Shown piece by piece: positions 62,686 through 64,000 of a stretch of DNA of 64,000 nucleotides. The stretch spans positions 116,746,001-116,810,000 of the forward strand of contig NC_042997.1 in assembly GCF_006345805.1 (NCBI RefSeq), in the 5' to 3' direction. A program made the translations under genes and the position numbers. The stretch is from Octopus sinensis (lineage: Eukaryota). The notes below the pieces were generated by a model, which was not told the origin of the DNA, did not search any database, and was given only the letters and a program-made list of their open reading frames with translations. The stretch's first letter is position 1, and each line of letters opens with the position of its first letter.

Positions 62686-64000
62686 ATATATATATATATA
62701 ATGAAACGTATACGTAGATTTGTACGTTAAGTGGCGGCTGAACTTAAGATGAAACAATCATTAAATTCCCAATTCTAAGTATGTGAAACATCTATCAGGA
62801 ATCACTACTATATTTGAATTTAAGAAATATGTATGAATTAAATGGCTAGTGGGAAAGGAAAGTTGGTAGCTGTATAAGAAATTGGAGTAACTAGTTTATA
62901 GAGGGAATTCGGATCCAGAAGGGGGAAAGTTTTGCATAATGTAACACCTTTGTGTCTACGTTTCATAATCAGATTATTTTATTGTTAAATAATATTTTCT
63001 TCATTATCCATAACTACAACTTGCGCTAAGTAGAACGATCACCTGTCAGTGTATCAACTGCAGAGTTTTGTATGTTGCATAATTGATCATTTAGTAGTGT
63101 AATTCTTCTAGTCTTATCTTAAAAACTAAATTAACTTCGACAATGAAGTACTCTTAGCCATAGACTCGGAATGAAAGTTAAAATAGTGATTACGTTATCT
63201 TGTCTTAAAGAACGTTCTCGAAGCATATACATAGACGTATGTAGACTTATTAGACGCAACTCAGCATTAGTAGATAATATTTTTAATAAGTCATTTATCT
63301 ATTGTTGAAGGATGGGCATTTACAGTTCCATAATGGTTCTTTGCACTGTAGCTTGCTTGTAGAGAAAGAATCTCATTGGCCGCTTGACCTAGCATAGTCT
63401 TTTATTTCCGATTTTTCGTAGTGGTTTCTTTTCGACAATCAACTAGAAAATAACACGCAAAAAGTACCCGACGAGAAAGAATACTGAAGATCTATGTAAT
63501 GCCTTAAAGTCACATAGCCTTCGCTTCGTTGTCCTTTGAAACATATGTATTTACCTACTCCTCTTCCTCAATCCACTGATTTATAATCACATAATTAGCA
63601 ACTTTTGTGGCTATATTTAAATCGGAATTTCTAATTTGAGATAGGACGAAGTGTATCGCATACATTGATTAACAAACTTTATTGATCGAATACAGCTACT
63701 ATAATAATAAAGAATAATAACAGAAGAATTATAGACAATAAAATGTATGTCTTTTTTATTCTTTGAAAATATAAAAAAAATTTCTCGCCAGAAAACAAAA
63801 GGATATGATTAGAAACGATTATCTCTGCTCCAGAGCAGCAAAGCGCTTTCGTTCTGTCTCTACCAAAGTATATACAGCTTCCTGTAATACCATCTGCTCG
63901 AAGGATTTTCTAACACTTTTTTTTATCTATAGAGCCCTTTGATTACTATTTTATTCTGGTGGACACCCATCGTCATTCGACATTTAAAAACAAGTTTTAT

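Overview
AT-rich, microsatellite-dense eukaryotic DNA that looks intergenic or intronic. The repeat content points to an octopus genome; this is an inference from the SINE types and was not checked by search. I found no intact host gene and no tRNA, rRNA or CRISPR array. Almost all ORFs in the supplied track are microsatellite or repeat artefacts. Contents: (1) a 5'-truncated but lightly damaged CR1-type LINE (20308-23264, APE + RT) fused directly to a SINE. (2) A full-length dead mariner (3231-4514). (3) A non-autonomous Helitron (41469-41862). (4) TIR MITEs. (5) Many old RTE and CR1/Jockey-like 3' fragments and a CRE-like restriction-endonuclease LINE remnant (26790-27235). (6) Dozens of tRNA-derived SINEs in four families, labelled A-D by me. 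The most interesting signals are: a dispersed repeat carrying a minimal hammerhead-like motif with a non-canonical core (1278, 31509, 62211; a second type at 12281); a shared 3' motif linking SINE-B to the CR1 LINE; SINE-A occurring as monomer, dimer and trimer, with TSDs showing the dimer moved as one unit; and a cluster of unrelated fold-back or duplicated segments at 51.6-61 kb. A few weak exon candidates are listed as findings only. All alignments were done by eye.
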